DNA from: an uncultured Alphaproteobacteria bacterium
GTDB taxonomy: Bacteria; Pseudomonadota; Alphaproteobacteria; HIMB59; GCA-002718135
Direction of reading: 5' to 3'
Length of the DNA stretch: 64,000 nt
Assembly: GCA_902561355.1 (NCBI GenBank)
Contig: CACEPG010000003.1
Location: 16,753-80,752 of the forward strand
Part shown: one piece after another, positions 54,081-64,000 of the stretch
Position numbering within the stretch: position 1 is the first letter of the stretch
Layout: each line of letters opens with the position of its first letter
The notes under the pieces: model-generated
What the model was told of the DNA's origin: nothing
The model's database searches: none
What the model saw: the letters and a program-made list of their open reading frames with translations, nothing else
Made by a program: the position numbers and the translations under genes

Positions 54081-55375
54081 TATATGTTTCCACCTGCTCT
54101 ATTAAATTCTTCAACAAAATTGGGAAAACTTGTTTTTATTGAATCAGATTTTTCTATATATAATTCTCCTAACCTAGAACCCATTACTAAAAAAGACATT
54201 GCAATTCTATGATCAAAATCTGTTTGTATATTTTGATTATTTATATTTAACTTTTCAATAGGATTAATAAATAAATTGTCATTTTCAATTTTGCAATTAC
54301 AACCACATTTTTCAAGATTTATTTTTATTAGATTAAGTCGATCACTTTCTTTAACTCTTAATTCTTTTAATCCTTTAAATACACTGGGAGTATTTGCAAA
54401 TGCAGCAGCAATAGATATTATTGGATATTCATCTATCATCAATTTTGCTATATCTTCATCTAATTCACATCCATTTAATTGACTTGATTTTACCTTTAAA
54501 TCTGCAACGTTTTCATTATTTATAAATCTATTATTTATTATCTCTATATTTGCACCCATTTTTTTAAGAGCAATTAAAATTCCATTTCTTGTAGGATTAA
54601 TATTAATATTTTTTAATGTAATTTCTGAATTTTTATTAATTAGTGCTGCAACTATAAAAAAAGCACTACTAGATAAATCTGCAGGAACATCAATATTTTT
54701 TGGAGTAAGTTCTTTTTTGCCAATTATTATAATTTCTGTTTTATTGTCATTTTTTTTTAAATCAATATTTGCTTCAAATGATTCGAGCATTATTTCAGTA
54801 TGATTTCTTGTTGTGTGTTTTTCAATAATTTTTGTTTTACCTTTGGTGTTTAGTGCTGCAAGTATTAGGCCTGATTTAATTTGTGCCGAAGGAATATCAA
54901 TTTCTATTTCAGTATTTTTTAAATCGTTACCATAAATTTTAATAGGCATTTTACCAGAATTAGTATCTATTTTGGCATTCATTAAATTTAAAGGATTAAC
55001 AATTCTTTCCATTGGTCTTGAAGATAAAGAAGAGTCACCAGTTAAAACAGAATCAAATTTTTGAGATGCTAATAAACCAATTAATAATCTTGCACTTGTT
55101 CCTGAGTTACCAAGATAAATATTGTCACTAGATTTTTTTAATGAATTTATTCCCTTGCCATAAACAATTAGTTTTTCTTTAGTTTCTTCAAATTTAACAC
55201 CTAATGCCCTAAATGCATTTAAGGTATTAATTACATCTTCTGATTTTAGAATATTTGATACTTCACAAACACCATTTGAAATTGAAGGAATGATTATTGA
55301 TCTATGTGATATAGATTTGTCTCCTGGAATATTTATAATACCATTTATGCCTTTTTCTATTTTTGCACTTTTCAT
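54077..55375 (-). CDS. aroA: EPSP synthase
   Basis: PGDKSISHR, GNSGTSARL, RPMER, SAQIKS, ELRVKESDRL, DHRIAMS. Confidence 0.97.
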   Translation of the reverse strand: MKSAKIEKGINGIINIPGDKSISHRSIIIPSISNGVCEVSNILKSEDVINTLNAFRALGVKFEETKEKLIVYGKGINSLKKSSDNIYLGNSGTSARLLIGLLASQKFDSVLTGDSSLSSRPMERIVNPLNLMNAKIDTNSGKMPIKIYGNDLKNTEIEIDIPSAQIKSGLILAALNTKGKTKIIEKHTTRNHTEIMLESFEANIDLKKNDNKTEIIIIGKKELTPKNIDVPADLSSSAFFIVAALINKNSEITLKNININPTRNGILIALKKMGANIEIINNRFINNENVADLKVKSSQLNGCELDEDIAKLMIDEYPIISIAAAFANTPSVFKGLKELRVKESDRLNLIKINLEKCGCNCKIENDNLFINPIEKLNINNQNIQTDFDHRIAMSFLVMGSRLGELYIEKSDSIKTSFPNFVEEFNRAGGNIY

Positions 55376-56118
55376 CAAATTGAAAAGTTTGATCCAAGAT
55401 AAAATTTTTTAATTTTATCATTTGAAATAGCTTCTTCAGGACTTCCTTCGAAAAAAAGTGACCCTTCATTAACTATGTATACCCTATCAACTATTTTTAA
55501 TGTTTCTCTTACATTGTGATCTGTTATTAAAATACCAATATTTTTTTTCTTCAATTTTTTTATGATTTCTTTTATTTCCTCTATAGATACTGGATCAATA
55601 CCAGTTAACGGTTCATCCAATAGTAAATATTTAGGATTAGAAGCTAAAGTTCTGGCTATTTCTAACCTTCTTCTTTCACCTCCTGATAAAACAATTGATT
55701 TAGATTTTCTTACATGATTTATATCAAATTCATTTAAAAGATTTTGTAATATAATTTCATGTTTGTTTTTTTCGGTTTCAACCATCTCAATAATAGACAG
55801 TAAATTATCTTCTACGTTCATACCTCTGAAAATTGATGCTTCTTGAGGAAGATAACTAATACCTTTTTGACCCCTTAAATATATTGGCATTGAAGATATA
55901 TCTACTTTATCTAATAATATAGATCCGCTATCAGCTTTTACTAATCCCACAATTATATAAAATGTAGTTGTTTTTCCTGCTCCATTAGGACCTAATAAAC
56001 CTACAATTTCTCCACTTTTTATATTTAATGTAATATCTCTAACAACAGTTTTATTTCCATAGGTTTTTGAAATTTTATTTATGATTAGTCCATCATCTAA
56101 AAGTTGAAATTTATTCAT
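55375..56118 (-). CDS. lptB: LPS export ABC ATPase LptB
   Basis: GPNGAGKTTTFY, YLPQEASIF, LSGGERRRLEIAR, ITDHNVRETL. Confidence 0.96.
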   Translation of the reverse strand: MNKFQLLDDGLIINKISKTYGNKTVVRDITLNIKSGEIVGLLGPNGAGKTTTFYIIVGLVKADSGSILLDKVDISSMPIYLRGQKGISYLPQEASIFRGMNVEDNLLSIIEMVETEKNKHEIILQNLLNEFDINHVRKSKSIVLSGGERRRLEIARTLASNPKYLLLDEPLTGIDPVSIEEIKEIIKKLKKKNIGILITDHNVRETLKIVDRVYIVNEGSLFFEGSPEEAISNDKIKKFYLGSNFSI

Positions 56119-56875
56119 TTGAATCAGTTATTAAAACTTTAACCTTACCAGAATTATTAGATTTAACTTTATAAGAATTATTTTTTGTATCCAGTGTTCC
56201 ATAATCTCCTGTAATTATTTCACTACCTCTTACTATTTTAACATTTTCAAATAACTCAATAATAGAAGTCTCTTTATTGTAAATAGCTTTTTTTGAAAGC
56301 ATGTCTAAATCTTCTGTTTTAATGTTAGATAATTGATCATCTTCAACATTTAATTTTAAGATTTCTCTTGTATTTGTTGTTGAAAAAACACCATCTATAT
56401 TATTACCTTTTATATATATATCTTCTGCTTTTAAGAAAGAATTTGAGCCTATTATTTCAAAAGCTCCAGTAAGATTATTAACTTTAATCAATCCATCTGA
56501 TAGCATTTCAACATTTTCTAAATATAATTTTGATGCTTCCCCTTTAACTGTAATTTCCTCTTTAATAATTTGAATATCAATAGAACTACCTGAGCTTTTA
56601 ATTTTATAACTTTTTGAATCAAGATTTACATCACCTTTAGCTTGAATATCGATTATATCATAAAGGTCTTTATCAAAATAAATTTTTACCTCATCACCAG
56701 ATAAATTAAAATCATCTGCAATAATTCGAACATTTTTTTTTAAAAGATAAAATTTTTCATTTTGAAAAACTTCAATTCCTTCATCAGTTAAAATTTCTGT
56801 TTCTCCAACACTTCTTGAAAAACTATTTTTAAATAATATTGTAAATATAAATATTAATAATAATGTTTTTTTCAT
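56111..56875 (-). CDS. lptA: LptA/OstA-family periplasmic LPS transport protein (long form)
   Basis: Signal-peptide-like N-terminus, beta-rich sequence, position between lptC and lptB. Confidence 0.7.
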   Translation of the reverse strand: MKKTLLLIFIFTILFKNSFSRSVGETEILTDEGIEVFQNEKFYLLKKNVRIIADDFNLSGDEVKIYFDKDLYDIIDIQAKGDVNLDSKSYKIKSSGSSIDIQIIKEEITVKGEASKLYLENVEMLSDGLIKVNNLTGAFEIIGSNSFLKAEDIYIKGNNIDGVFSTTNTREILKLNVEDDQLSNIKTEDLDMLSKKAIYNKETSIIELFENVKIVRGSEIITGDYGTLDTKNNSYKVKSNNSGKVKVLITDSNE

Positions 56876-57321
56876 TTTAATGTTAATTTAGTTTTACCTT
56901 TGAAATTAATTATATTCCCATTATCAACAATATCAAAACCATTTGAAACTATTGATGTATTTTTTGAAATAAATTTAGATTTTTCTGAACTTGTAGCTAT
57001 AAATTTTTTTTTATTAAATATTACTTTATCAGTAAAAATTTTAAATTTGTTTGATTGAAAAACTACATTTTTTTTTAACAATATCTCATCATCTGTTATA
57101 AAGTCGCCTTCTTTTGCAGTTATTGCTATTTCTTGATTATTTCCATTTATTGTAAATTTAGGTTTAGTGATATCAGCATTACTTGTACCTGAATTAATTA
57201 TAGGAACATTATTTTTGCTTAATTGAATGTATTGGAAAACAAATATAACAGCAATTATAAAAAATATAATTGAAGTTAAGATCATTAATTTTTTTTTGTT
57301 AATTGATAATAAAAAGTTCAA
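56872..57321 (-). CDS. lptC: LptC-like LPS export protein
   Basis: Single N-terminal TM helix plus beta-rich domain ending INFKGKTKLTL; kdsD-lptC-lptA-lptB synteny. Confidence 0.7.
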   Translation of the reverse strand: MNFLLSINKKKLMILTSIIFFIIAVIFVFQYIQLSKNNVPIINSGTSNADITKPKFTINGNNQEIAITAKEGDFITDDEILLKKNVVFQSNKFKIFTDKVIFNKKKFIATSSEKSKFISKNTSIVSNGFDIVDNGNIINFKGKTKLTLK

Positions 57322-57322
57322 T

Positions 57323-58279
57323 TTAACTAGTTAACCTCAAAAGATCATGTATGTGAACAATCCCTATTGGTTTATTATTTTTGCAAACAAATAAACTAGT
57401 TATTTTTTTTGTGTTCATAATATTTAATGCTTCGCTAACTAAGAGATCTTGACTCACTTTTGTAGGGTTTTTAGTCATTAAATCAGATGTAGTTTTATTA
57501 ATTAAATTTTGATTCATATTACGTCTCAAGTCTCCATCAGTAATTATACCAATAAGTAAATTTTTTTTATTTATAACCCCTATACATCCGAAACTTTTTT
57601 TCGTCATTGTTATTAGTGTTTTTGACATTTTTTCACTATCAAGACATAATGGTAAAGATTTTCCTGTATGCATTATTTCAGATATTTTTTTTAGATCTTT
57701 TCCTATATTGCCTCCAGGATGTAAGTTTTTAAAATGATTACTTTTAAATCCTTTTAATTCTAATAGTGACATTGCAATACAATCTCCAATTACCAAGCAA
57801 ATTGTTGTCGAGCTAGTAGGAGCCAAGTTTAAAGGACATGCTTCTAGAGGTTTTTTATATAAAATTTTTGCAGTTGAATTTTTATACAGGCTGCTTTTTG
57901 AATTGCTAGATATACTTACCAATGGAATATTAAATCTTTTTGAAAAATTTATTATATTGTTCAGCTCTGATGTTTCTCCAGAATTCGAAATAGCAATTAT
58001 GCAATCATTTTTTTTTATACTCCCGAGATCACCATGGCTTGCTTCAGTGGCATGAATAAAAAAAGAAGGCGTTCCAGTTGATGTAAGTGTTGCAGCAATT
58101 TTATTTCCTATATGAGCACTTTTACCAACTCCTGTCACAATAACTCTTCCTTTTGTTTTATGTATTAGTGAAACAACTTTAAAAAAATTATCGTTAATTG
58201 TTTTTGATAAACTTTTAAGAGCTGTTAACTCAGTTGCTAATGTTTTTTTTGCTCTATTTAATATTTGTTTTTTACTCAT
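57323..58279 (-). CDS. kdsD: Arabinose 5-phosphate isomerase (KpsF/GutQ family)
   Basis: VTGVGKSAHIG, EASHGDLG, SNSGET, APTSST, HPGG, CBS pair. Confidence 0.94.
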   Translation of the reverse strand: MSKKQILNRAKKTLATELTALKSLSKTINDNFFKVVSLIHKTKGRVIVTGVGKSAHIGNKIAATLTSTGTPSFFIHATEASHGDLGSIKKNDCIIAISNSGETSELNNIINFSKRFNIPLVSISSNSKSSLYKNSTAKILYKKPLEACPLNLAPTSSTTICLVIGDCIAMSLLELKGFKSNHFKNLHPGGNIGKDLKKISEIMHTGKSLPLCLDSEKMSKTLITMTKKSFGCIGVINKKNLLIGIITDGDLRRNMNQNLINKTTSDLMTKNPTKVSQDLLVSEALNIMNTKKITSLFVCKNNKPIGIVHIHDLLRLTS

Positions 58280-58281
58280 TT

Positions 58282-58890
58282 TTAGTGCCTAAATATATCT
58301 AAATCTGGCCAGCCGCCTAAATCTAAATCTGTTCTATATTCTATAAATTTAAAACAAGCTTCCGCTAAATCAATTCTTTTCTCTCTAGATAGCATTATAT
58401 CTAATTTTTTTTTAATTTTATGAAGATACAGAACATCTGTTGCTGCATATTTCATTTGTGCTTTAGATAGTTCGCCACCCCAATCTGAGGTTTGTTCAGT
58501 TTTTGATATAGATATATTCAGTAATTCTGAGCATAGATCTTTATATCCATGTTTATCGGTATAAGTTCTTATAATTTTTGAAGCTATTTTTGTGCAGTAA
58601 ATATTTTTTATATTTATACCGTAAGAATGTTTTAAAACTGCTACATCAAACCGTGCAAAATGAAAAATTTTTTTTATTTTATTATTTTTAAGAATTTTAA
58701 TCAAATTTTTAGGTTTTTTCTTGATATCATTTATTTTAACTAAATGACTAATATTATTACCCTTTGAAATTTGAACTAAACACAATTTATCTCTAATAGG
58801 GTTTAGTCCCATAGTTTCTGTATCTATAGCTATAGTTAAGCCAAGATTTAAATTACTAGGTAAATCGTCTTGATACAGTTTGATCTTCAT
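58282..58890 (-). CDS. rnd: Ribonuclease D-like 3'-5' exonuclease
   Basis: AIDTETMGL..RD.LCLVQ, FHFARFD, CTKIASK..RTYTDKHG, YAATDV. Confidence 0.92.
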   Translation of the reverse strand: MKIKLYQDDLPSNLNLGLTIAIDTETMGLNPIRDKLCLVQISKGNNISHLVKINDIKKKPKNLIKILKNNKIKKIFHFARFDVAVLKHSYGINIKNIYCTKIASKIIRTYTDKHGYKDLCSELLNISISKTEQTSDWGGELSKAQMKYAATDVLYLHKIKKKLDIMLSREKRIDLAEACFKFIEYRTDLDLGGWPDLDIFRH

Positions 58891-58958
58891 AAATCTATTT
58901 ATTATATTTCTTTATTTCAAATAATTATCTTGTTATATCATCTATTTTTTTAAAGGTC

Positions 58959-59858
58959 ATGAAATCAATAGTTATTTTTGGAGGAGCAGGATTTGTTGGA
59001 AAACATATATTACGTAAAATATCTAAATTAGGATACAAAATTATCGTTCCATATCAAAAACAAACTAACGAAGCCAAACTTAAGCTTCTTGGTGAGGCTG
59101 GTCAAATTATACCTTTTCATTTTATTTCGTTACATGACAAAAGATTAAAAAAAATAATAGAAAAATCTGAAATATGTATCAATCTAAAAACTACTTGGGA
59201 TAATAAAAAATATAGCTATCATAAGTCAATTTTTGATTTTAATGTTAAGCTCATTTCTATTTTAAATAACTGCAATACTGCCAAAAAATTAATATTTTTT
59301 TCTGGTTTGGGAGTAGATCAGAGTACTAATTCTTTAAGAGATAGAGCTATTTTAGATGTTGAAAACCACATTAAAACTAACTTAAGAAATTCTGTTATTA
59401 TTAGACCCAGCGTTATATTGGGCGGTGGTGATCAATTTTTGACAAGATTAATACCTCTTTTTAAATTATTATACCTCATTCCATTATTTGGTAATGGAAG
59501 TAAAAAATTTCAACCTGTTCACATAGAAGATATAAGTAATTTCATTTATTTTTTAGTTCAAAAGAGTTTTGAGGGTCATAACACCTTTGAATTGGGAGGT
59601 CCTAATATTTTTACATACAAAGAATTTTATAATTTGATTGCTGAAAATATAGGTAAAAAAAGAGTATTTCTTCCAATACCGATGCGAATTGCTAAAATAT
59701 TAATAGGAATTACTGAAAAAACACCTTTTTCTCCTATAAATTTGGAACAACTTTCTCTTTTTGAGAGCGATAATATACTTCAAGACTCTAAAATGAGTTT
59801 TGATTATTATGAAATGATGCCTCAAAGTATTTTATCTGCCATTAAAAAATCTATATAA
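58959..59858 (+). CDS. NAD-dependent epimerase/SDR, complex I NDUFA9-like family
   Basis: IFGGAGFVG, IIRPSVI.G.GD.F, FQPVHIED, FELGGP. Confidence 0.82.
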   Translation: MKSIVIFGGAGFVGKHILRKISKLGYKIIVPYQKQTNEAKLKLLGEAGQIIPFHFISLHDKRLKKIIEKSEICINLKTTWDNKKYSYHKSIFDFNVKLISILNNCNTAKKLIFFSGLGVDQSTNSLRDRAILDVENHIKTNLRNSVIIRPSVILGGGDQFLTRLIPLFKLLYLIPLFGNGSKKFQPVHIEDISNFIYFLVQKSFEGHNTFELGGPNIFTYKEFYNLIAENIGKKRVFLPIPMRIAKILIGITEKTPFSPINLEQLSLFESDNILQDSKMSFDYYEMMPQSILSAIKKSI

Positions 59859-59876
59859 AATAAGCTTTTTTAATAT

Positions 59877-59899
59877 ATTAGTACCATATTTGTACTAAT
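59877..59899. promoter_or_regulatory. Palindromic operator-like site upstream of gltD
   Basis: ATTAGTAC-N7-GTACTAAT perfect 8-bp inverted repeat, 80 nt upstream of the gltD ATG. Confidence 0.45.
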
Positions 59900-59979
59900 T
59901 AACCCTTTTTTCTATTTATTTTTTTAATCATTTATATATTGGTTTTTTTTTAATTAAATTAGTCTCAAATTTGTACAAA

Positions 59980-61425
59980 ATGTTAAAATTTACTGAAATA
60001 ACAAAGGAAAATCCATCAAAAAAAACTTCTAAGAATAGGTTAAAGGATTTCAATGAAATATACTTAAATTATTCTAAACAAAAAGCTGAAGAACAAGCTT
60101 CAAGGTGTTCTCAATGCGGAGTCCCCTTTTGTCAAGTTCATTGTCCTTTACATAATAACATACCTGATTGGTTAAAACTTGCTGCGGAAGATAGGCTTAA
60201 AGAAGCTTATCATGTTTCAAGTGAAACTAACAACATGCCAGAAATTTGTGGAAGAATATGCCCACAAGATAGATTGTGTGAAGGGAATTGTGTTATCGAA
60301 CAATCAGGACATGGAACAGTAACAATTGGTTCTATTGAAAAATTTATTACTGATTCAGCGTGGGAAAAAGGTTGGATAAAAAAAATTTTACCTGCAAAAG
60401 AAAAAAAGCAATCAGTTGGAATTATTGGTTCTGGCCCCGCTGGATTAGCTGCAGCTGAAGAATTAAGAAAAGCCGGATATCAAATTACTATTTACGATCG
60501 ATACGATAGACCTGGTGGACTTTTAATATATGGAATTCCTAACTTCAAATTAGAAAAATATGTTGTTGAGAGAAGAACACAAAGATTAATTGAAAGTGGA
60601 ATAAACTTTGAATTAAATTGCAATGTTGGAATAGATAAATCTTTTTCTGAAATTAAAGAAAAACATCATGCAATTTTAATTGCTACTGGCGTATATAAAG
60701 CTAGAGAAATTGATTTAAATTATGAAAAATTTCCAAACGTCTTACCAGCTTTGGAATATTTAATTGCTAGTAATAAAGTTGGTTTAAAAGATTATATTCC
60801 TGATTATAGTAATGGAAGATTAACTGCTGAAAACAAAAATGTAGTTGTAGTGGGTGGCGGTGATACTGCTATGGATTGTGTTAGAACAGCTGTACGTCAG
60901 AAGGCTAAATCTGTTAAATGTTTATATAGAAGAGATCAGAATAATATGCCAGGCTCACAACGTGAAGTTAATAATGCAATTGAAGAAGGAATTGATTTTA
61001 ATTGGTTAACACTTCCTACTGAATATCTAGGTAAAGATAAAGTTTCACAAGTTAAAATTGTTAAAATGCAACTTGGCTCTCCTGATGAATCAGGAAGAAG
61101 AAGTCCTGAAATTAAAAAGGGTAGTGAAAAATTGATTGATTCTGATCTAATTATTGAAGCTCTTGGATTTGAGCCAGAAAATTTACCAATTATGTTTAAT
61201 GATACTTCTCTTAATATTACAAGATGGGGAACCATAAAGATAAATTATAAAAATATGATGACCTCTTTAGATGGTGTGTTTGCAGCTGGAGATATTGTTA
61301 GAGGCGCAAGTTTAGTTGTTTGGGGAATTCGAGATGGAAGAGATGCAGCGGAAAATATTAAACAATACCTCTCCAATAAAAAAAACCTCAATTTAGTGTC
61401 TTCAAAAAGAGTAGTAAATGAATAA
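59980..61425 (+). CDS. gltD: Glutamate synthase small subunit
   Basis: RCSQCGVPFCQVHCP, CGRICPQDRLCEGNC, GSGPAG, GGGDTAMDC, GDIVRGASLVVW. Confidence 0.97.
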   Translation: MLKFTEITKENPSKKTSKNRLKDFNEIYLNYSKQKAEEQASRCSQCGVPFCQVHCPLHNNIPDWLKLAAEDRLKEAYHVSSETNNMPEICGRICPQDRLCEGNCVIEQSGHGTVTIGSIEKFITDSAWEKGWIKKILPAKEKKQSVGIIGSGPAGLAAAEELRKAGYQITIYDRYDRPGGLLIYGIPNFKLEKYVVERRTQRLIESGINFELNCNVGIDKSFSEIKEKHHAILIATGVYKAREIDLNYEKFPNVLPALEYLIASNKVGLKDYIPDYSNGRLTAENKNVVVVGGGDTAMDCVRTAVRQKAKSVKCLYRRDQNNMPGSQREVNNAIEEGIDFNWLTLPTEYLGKDKVSQVKIVKMQLGSPDESGRRSPEIKKGSEKLIDSDLIIEALGFEPENLPIMFNDTSLNITRWGTIKINYKNMMTSLDGVFAAGDIVRGASLVVWGIRDGRDAAENIKQYLSNKKNLNLVSSKRVVNE

Positions 61426-64000
61426 TATTATTAAAAATTGGGAAAAAAATAAAAATTTTTTAAAACAAAATCATATTTACAATGATCTAGATGAACATTC
61501 CTCTTGTGGGGTTGGATTAATAGCATCTTTAGATGGTGAGCCTAATCAGGAAGTTGTGCAGATGGGCGTTCAAGCTCTTAAATGTTTATACCATCGGGGA
61601 GCAGTTGATGCAGATGGAAAAACAGGAGATGGAGCTGGTATTCAGTTAAGCATACCAAATGATTTTTTTATTGATAAAATTGAAAGAACAGGACAGAAAC
61701 CTAATAATTTACCATTTGCTGTTGGAATGATTTTTCTTCCAAGGACTGACTTTGTTGCCCAAGAAAAATCTCGTTCTATAGTAGAATCAGAAATTATTAG
61801 AGGAGGTTTCAAAATTTTTGGTTGGCGACACGTTCCTATAAACTCTTCAATAATTGGAGAAAAAGCAAAAGCAACTAGACCCGAAATAGAACAAATTTTA
61901 GTTTCTAATGATAAGTATGAAAGAAAAAGTGAATTAGATAAGCAATTATATATTGTAAGAAAAAGAATTGAAAAAGAAATTAGCAAACAAAATATTTCTA
62001 ATTTTTATATATGTTCCTTATCTTCACAATCAATAGTTTATAAAGGAATGTTTCTAGCTGAACAGCTTTCAAATTTTTACCCAGATATACAAAATAAAAA
62101 TTTTATTTCAAGATTTGCAGTTTATCATCAAAGATACTCAACGAACACATTTCCTACTTGGTCATTAGCACAACCATTTAGAGTAATTGCTCATAATGGT
62201 GAAATAAATACCCTTAAAGGGAACAAAAATTGGATGACTGCTCATGAACCAAGGTTATTTCATAACAATTTTAAAAACTCTATTAATGACTTAAAACCAA
62301 TAATTGATGATGATGCATCAGACTCAGCAGCTTTAGACGCAACTATAGAATTATTAGTAAAATCTAACAGATCTCTTCCAATGGCAAAGATTTTAACTAT
62401 TCCTGAAGCTTGGGCTCATAGACGGGATTTTTCAAAAAAATTAAAAAATTTATATGCATATGCTACTGCAGTAATGGAACCATGGGATGGACCTGCTGCA
62501 ATTTGTGGAGCACAAGACGAATGGGCAATAGCAGGTATGGATAGAAATGGACTAAGACCTCTTAGATATATTTTAACCGAAAAATATTTAATTACTGGCT
62601 CTGAAACAGGAATGGTTGAATTAAATGAAGAAGATGTAATTGAACGAGGAAGAGTCGGCCCTGGTCAGATGATAGCTATAAATTTTGATCAAAAGAAATT
62701 TTATTCAGATTCTGAAATTAAAAAATACTTGTCAGAAATGAAACCTTTTGGAAATTGGACAAAAAAAACTACACATATAGATAAACTAGTCCAGTCAGTT
62801 GATGAGGAGTTTAGGGAAATTGATTCAGAAAATTTAAGAAAAAGAATGACTTCTTTTGCATGGTCTATGGAAGATATTGAATTAATACTTCATCCAATGA
62901 TTACAGAAAAAAAAGAAGCAACAGGATCTATGGGAGACGACGCTCCTTTAGCTGTACTTTCATCAAACTACAGAGGATTACATCATTTTTTTAGACAAAA
63001 TTTTAGCCAAGTAACAAATCCCCCAGTCGATTCATTGAGAGAAAGAGTAGTGATGAGTCTAAGAACTAGAATTGGTAATTTAAGCAATATACTTGATGAA
63101 GATGAAAATCAATGTGATCATCTACAATTAAGCTCACCTGTATTATCTATCAATCAATTTAAAACAATGCGTCAATATATGAAAGATTCCGTAAAAATCA
63201 TTGATACAACTATGGATATAAATGATGAAAATAATTCTTTTGAAAAAACTTTAGAATTTTTAAATAAGGAAGCTGAAGAAGCTGTTCGTGAAGGCTATGT
63301 TCATATTATTTTATCAGATAAAAATTTATCAAAAGACAATGTAGCTCTGCCAATGATATTGGTAACAAGTTCAATTCATAGTCATCTTATAAAAAATAAT
63401 CTTAGAACATTTATTTCATTAAATGTTCAGTCTGCAGAATGTCTTGATATTCATTATTTTGCAGTTTTAATTGGAGTTGGAGCTACGAGTATAAACGCTT
63501 ATATGGCACAACAAGCGATTGCAGAAAGTCATAAAAAAGGTTTGTTCCAAAATTTAACTTATGAGCAGTGTGTTGAGAGATATATAAATTCTATAAACAA
63601 CGGTTTACTAAAAGTTATGAGTAAAATGGGAATTTCAGTAATTAATTCATATCGAGGTGGATGTAATTTCGAAGCTATAGGACTAAGTAGAAATTTAATG
63701 AAAAAATATTTTCCATCAATGAGTTCAAAAATTTCAGGTATTGGCTTAAGTGGGATTGAAAAAAAATCATTAATAGCACATAACAAAGCTTATGAGTCAA
63801 ATTTAATTACTTTGCCAATAGGTGGTTTTTATAAATATAGATTTGGTGGAGAAAAACATTCTTTTGAAGCACAATCAATTCATATGCTCCAAAGCGCAGT
63901 TGGAAACAACAACTTTTCATTATATAAAAAATATTCTTCAATAATTGATAACTCACCCCCAATTAATATTCGTGATTTATTGGGGTATAGAAGCAAAGAA
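61418..64000 (+). CDS. gltB: Glutamate synthase large subunit (3'-truncated; not in ORF track)
   Basis: ATG 61418 reads MNNIIKNW...EHSSCGVG, HRGAVDADGKTGDGAG, HQRYSTNTFP, AHNGEIN, MEPWDGPA; frame continues to the window end. Confidence 0.96.
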   Translation, partial: MNNIIKNWEKNKNFLKQNHIYNDLDEHSSCGVGLIASLDGEPNQEVVQMGVQALKCLYHRGAVDADGKTGDGAGIQLSIPNDFFIDKIERTGQKPNNLPFAVGMIFLPRTDFVAQEKSRSIVESEIIRGGFKIFGWRHVPINSSIIGEKAKATRPEIEQILVSNDKYERKSELDKQLYIVRKRIEKEISKQNISNFYICSLSSQSIVYKGMFLAEQLSNFYPDIQNKNFISRFAVYHQRYSTNTFPTWSLAQPFRVIAHNGEINTLKGNKNWMTAHEPRLFHNNFKNSINDLKPIIDDDASDSAALDATIELLVKSNRSLPMAKILTIPEAWAHRRDFSKKLKNLYAYATAVMEPWDGPAAICGAQDEWAIAGMDRNGLRPLRYILTEKYLITGSETGMVELNEEDVIERGRVGPGQMIAINFDQKKFYSDSEIKKYLSEMKPFGNWTKKTTHIDKLVQSVDEEFREIDSENLRKRMTSFAWSMEDIELILHPMITEKKEATGSMGDDAPLAVLSSNYRGLHHFFRQNFSQVTNPPVDSLRERVVMSLRTRIGNLSNILDEDENQCDHLQLSSPVLSINQFKTMRQYMKDSVKIIDTTMDINDENNSFEKTLEFLNKEAEEAVREGYVHIILSDKNLSKDNVALPMILVTSSIHSHLIKNNLRTFISLNVQSAECLDIHYFAVLIGVGATSINAYMAQQAIAESHKKGLFQNLTYEQCVERYINSINNGLLKVMSKMGISVINSYRGGCNFEAIGLSRNLMKKYFPSMSSKISGIGLSGIEKKSLIAHNKAYESNLITLPIGGFYKYRFGGEKHSFEAQSIHMLQSAVGNNNFSLYKKYSSIIDNSPPINIRDLLGYRSKE

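Overview
Very AT-rich, extremely gene-dense core-genome segment of a streamlined alphaproteobacterium. A SAR11/HIMB59-like marine lineage is inferred from composition, tiny intergenic spacers and alphaproteobacterial gene order; no database search was run. Contents in order: tsaB-rimI-miaB-phoH-ybeY-corC-lnt-trmB; nusA-infB-rbfA-truB-rpsO-pnp-GDPD; fabA-fabB-fabI, moeB-like, ubiE/mutM; rpsT-dnaA-dnaN-recF-gyrB-regB-regA; a small surface-glycan islet; polA; an nrdA-nrdB-grx cassette; chvI-chvG-ahcY-metK-tsaE-amgK-murU-trxA; a long minus-strand run from rnd through kdsD, lptCAB, aroA, cmk, rpsA, ihfB, pyrF, trpFBA and accD to folC; an NDUFA9-like SDR; gltD and partial gltB. I saw no rRNA, tRNA, CRISPR or mobile element. 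The most unusual locus is the ribonucleotide reductase cassette. NrdA looks chimeric (a Pseudomonas NrdAz-like extra ATP cone on a eukaryote/Bacteroidetes-like NrdAe enzyme). NrdB has Glu in place of the class Ia site-1 Asp yet keeps the radical Tyr. The promoter carries tandem NrdR boxes plus an alphaproteobacterial LexA box. Also notable are an uncalled 39-aa basic ArfA-like ORF after polA, an Fpg lacking three of four zinc-finger cysteines, and several precise gene losses or relocations in conserved operons.
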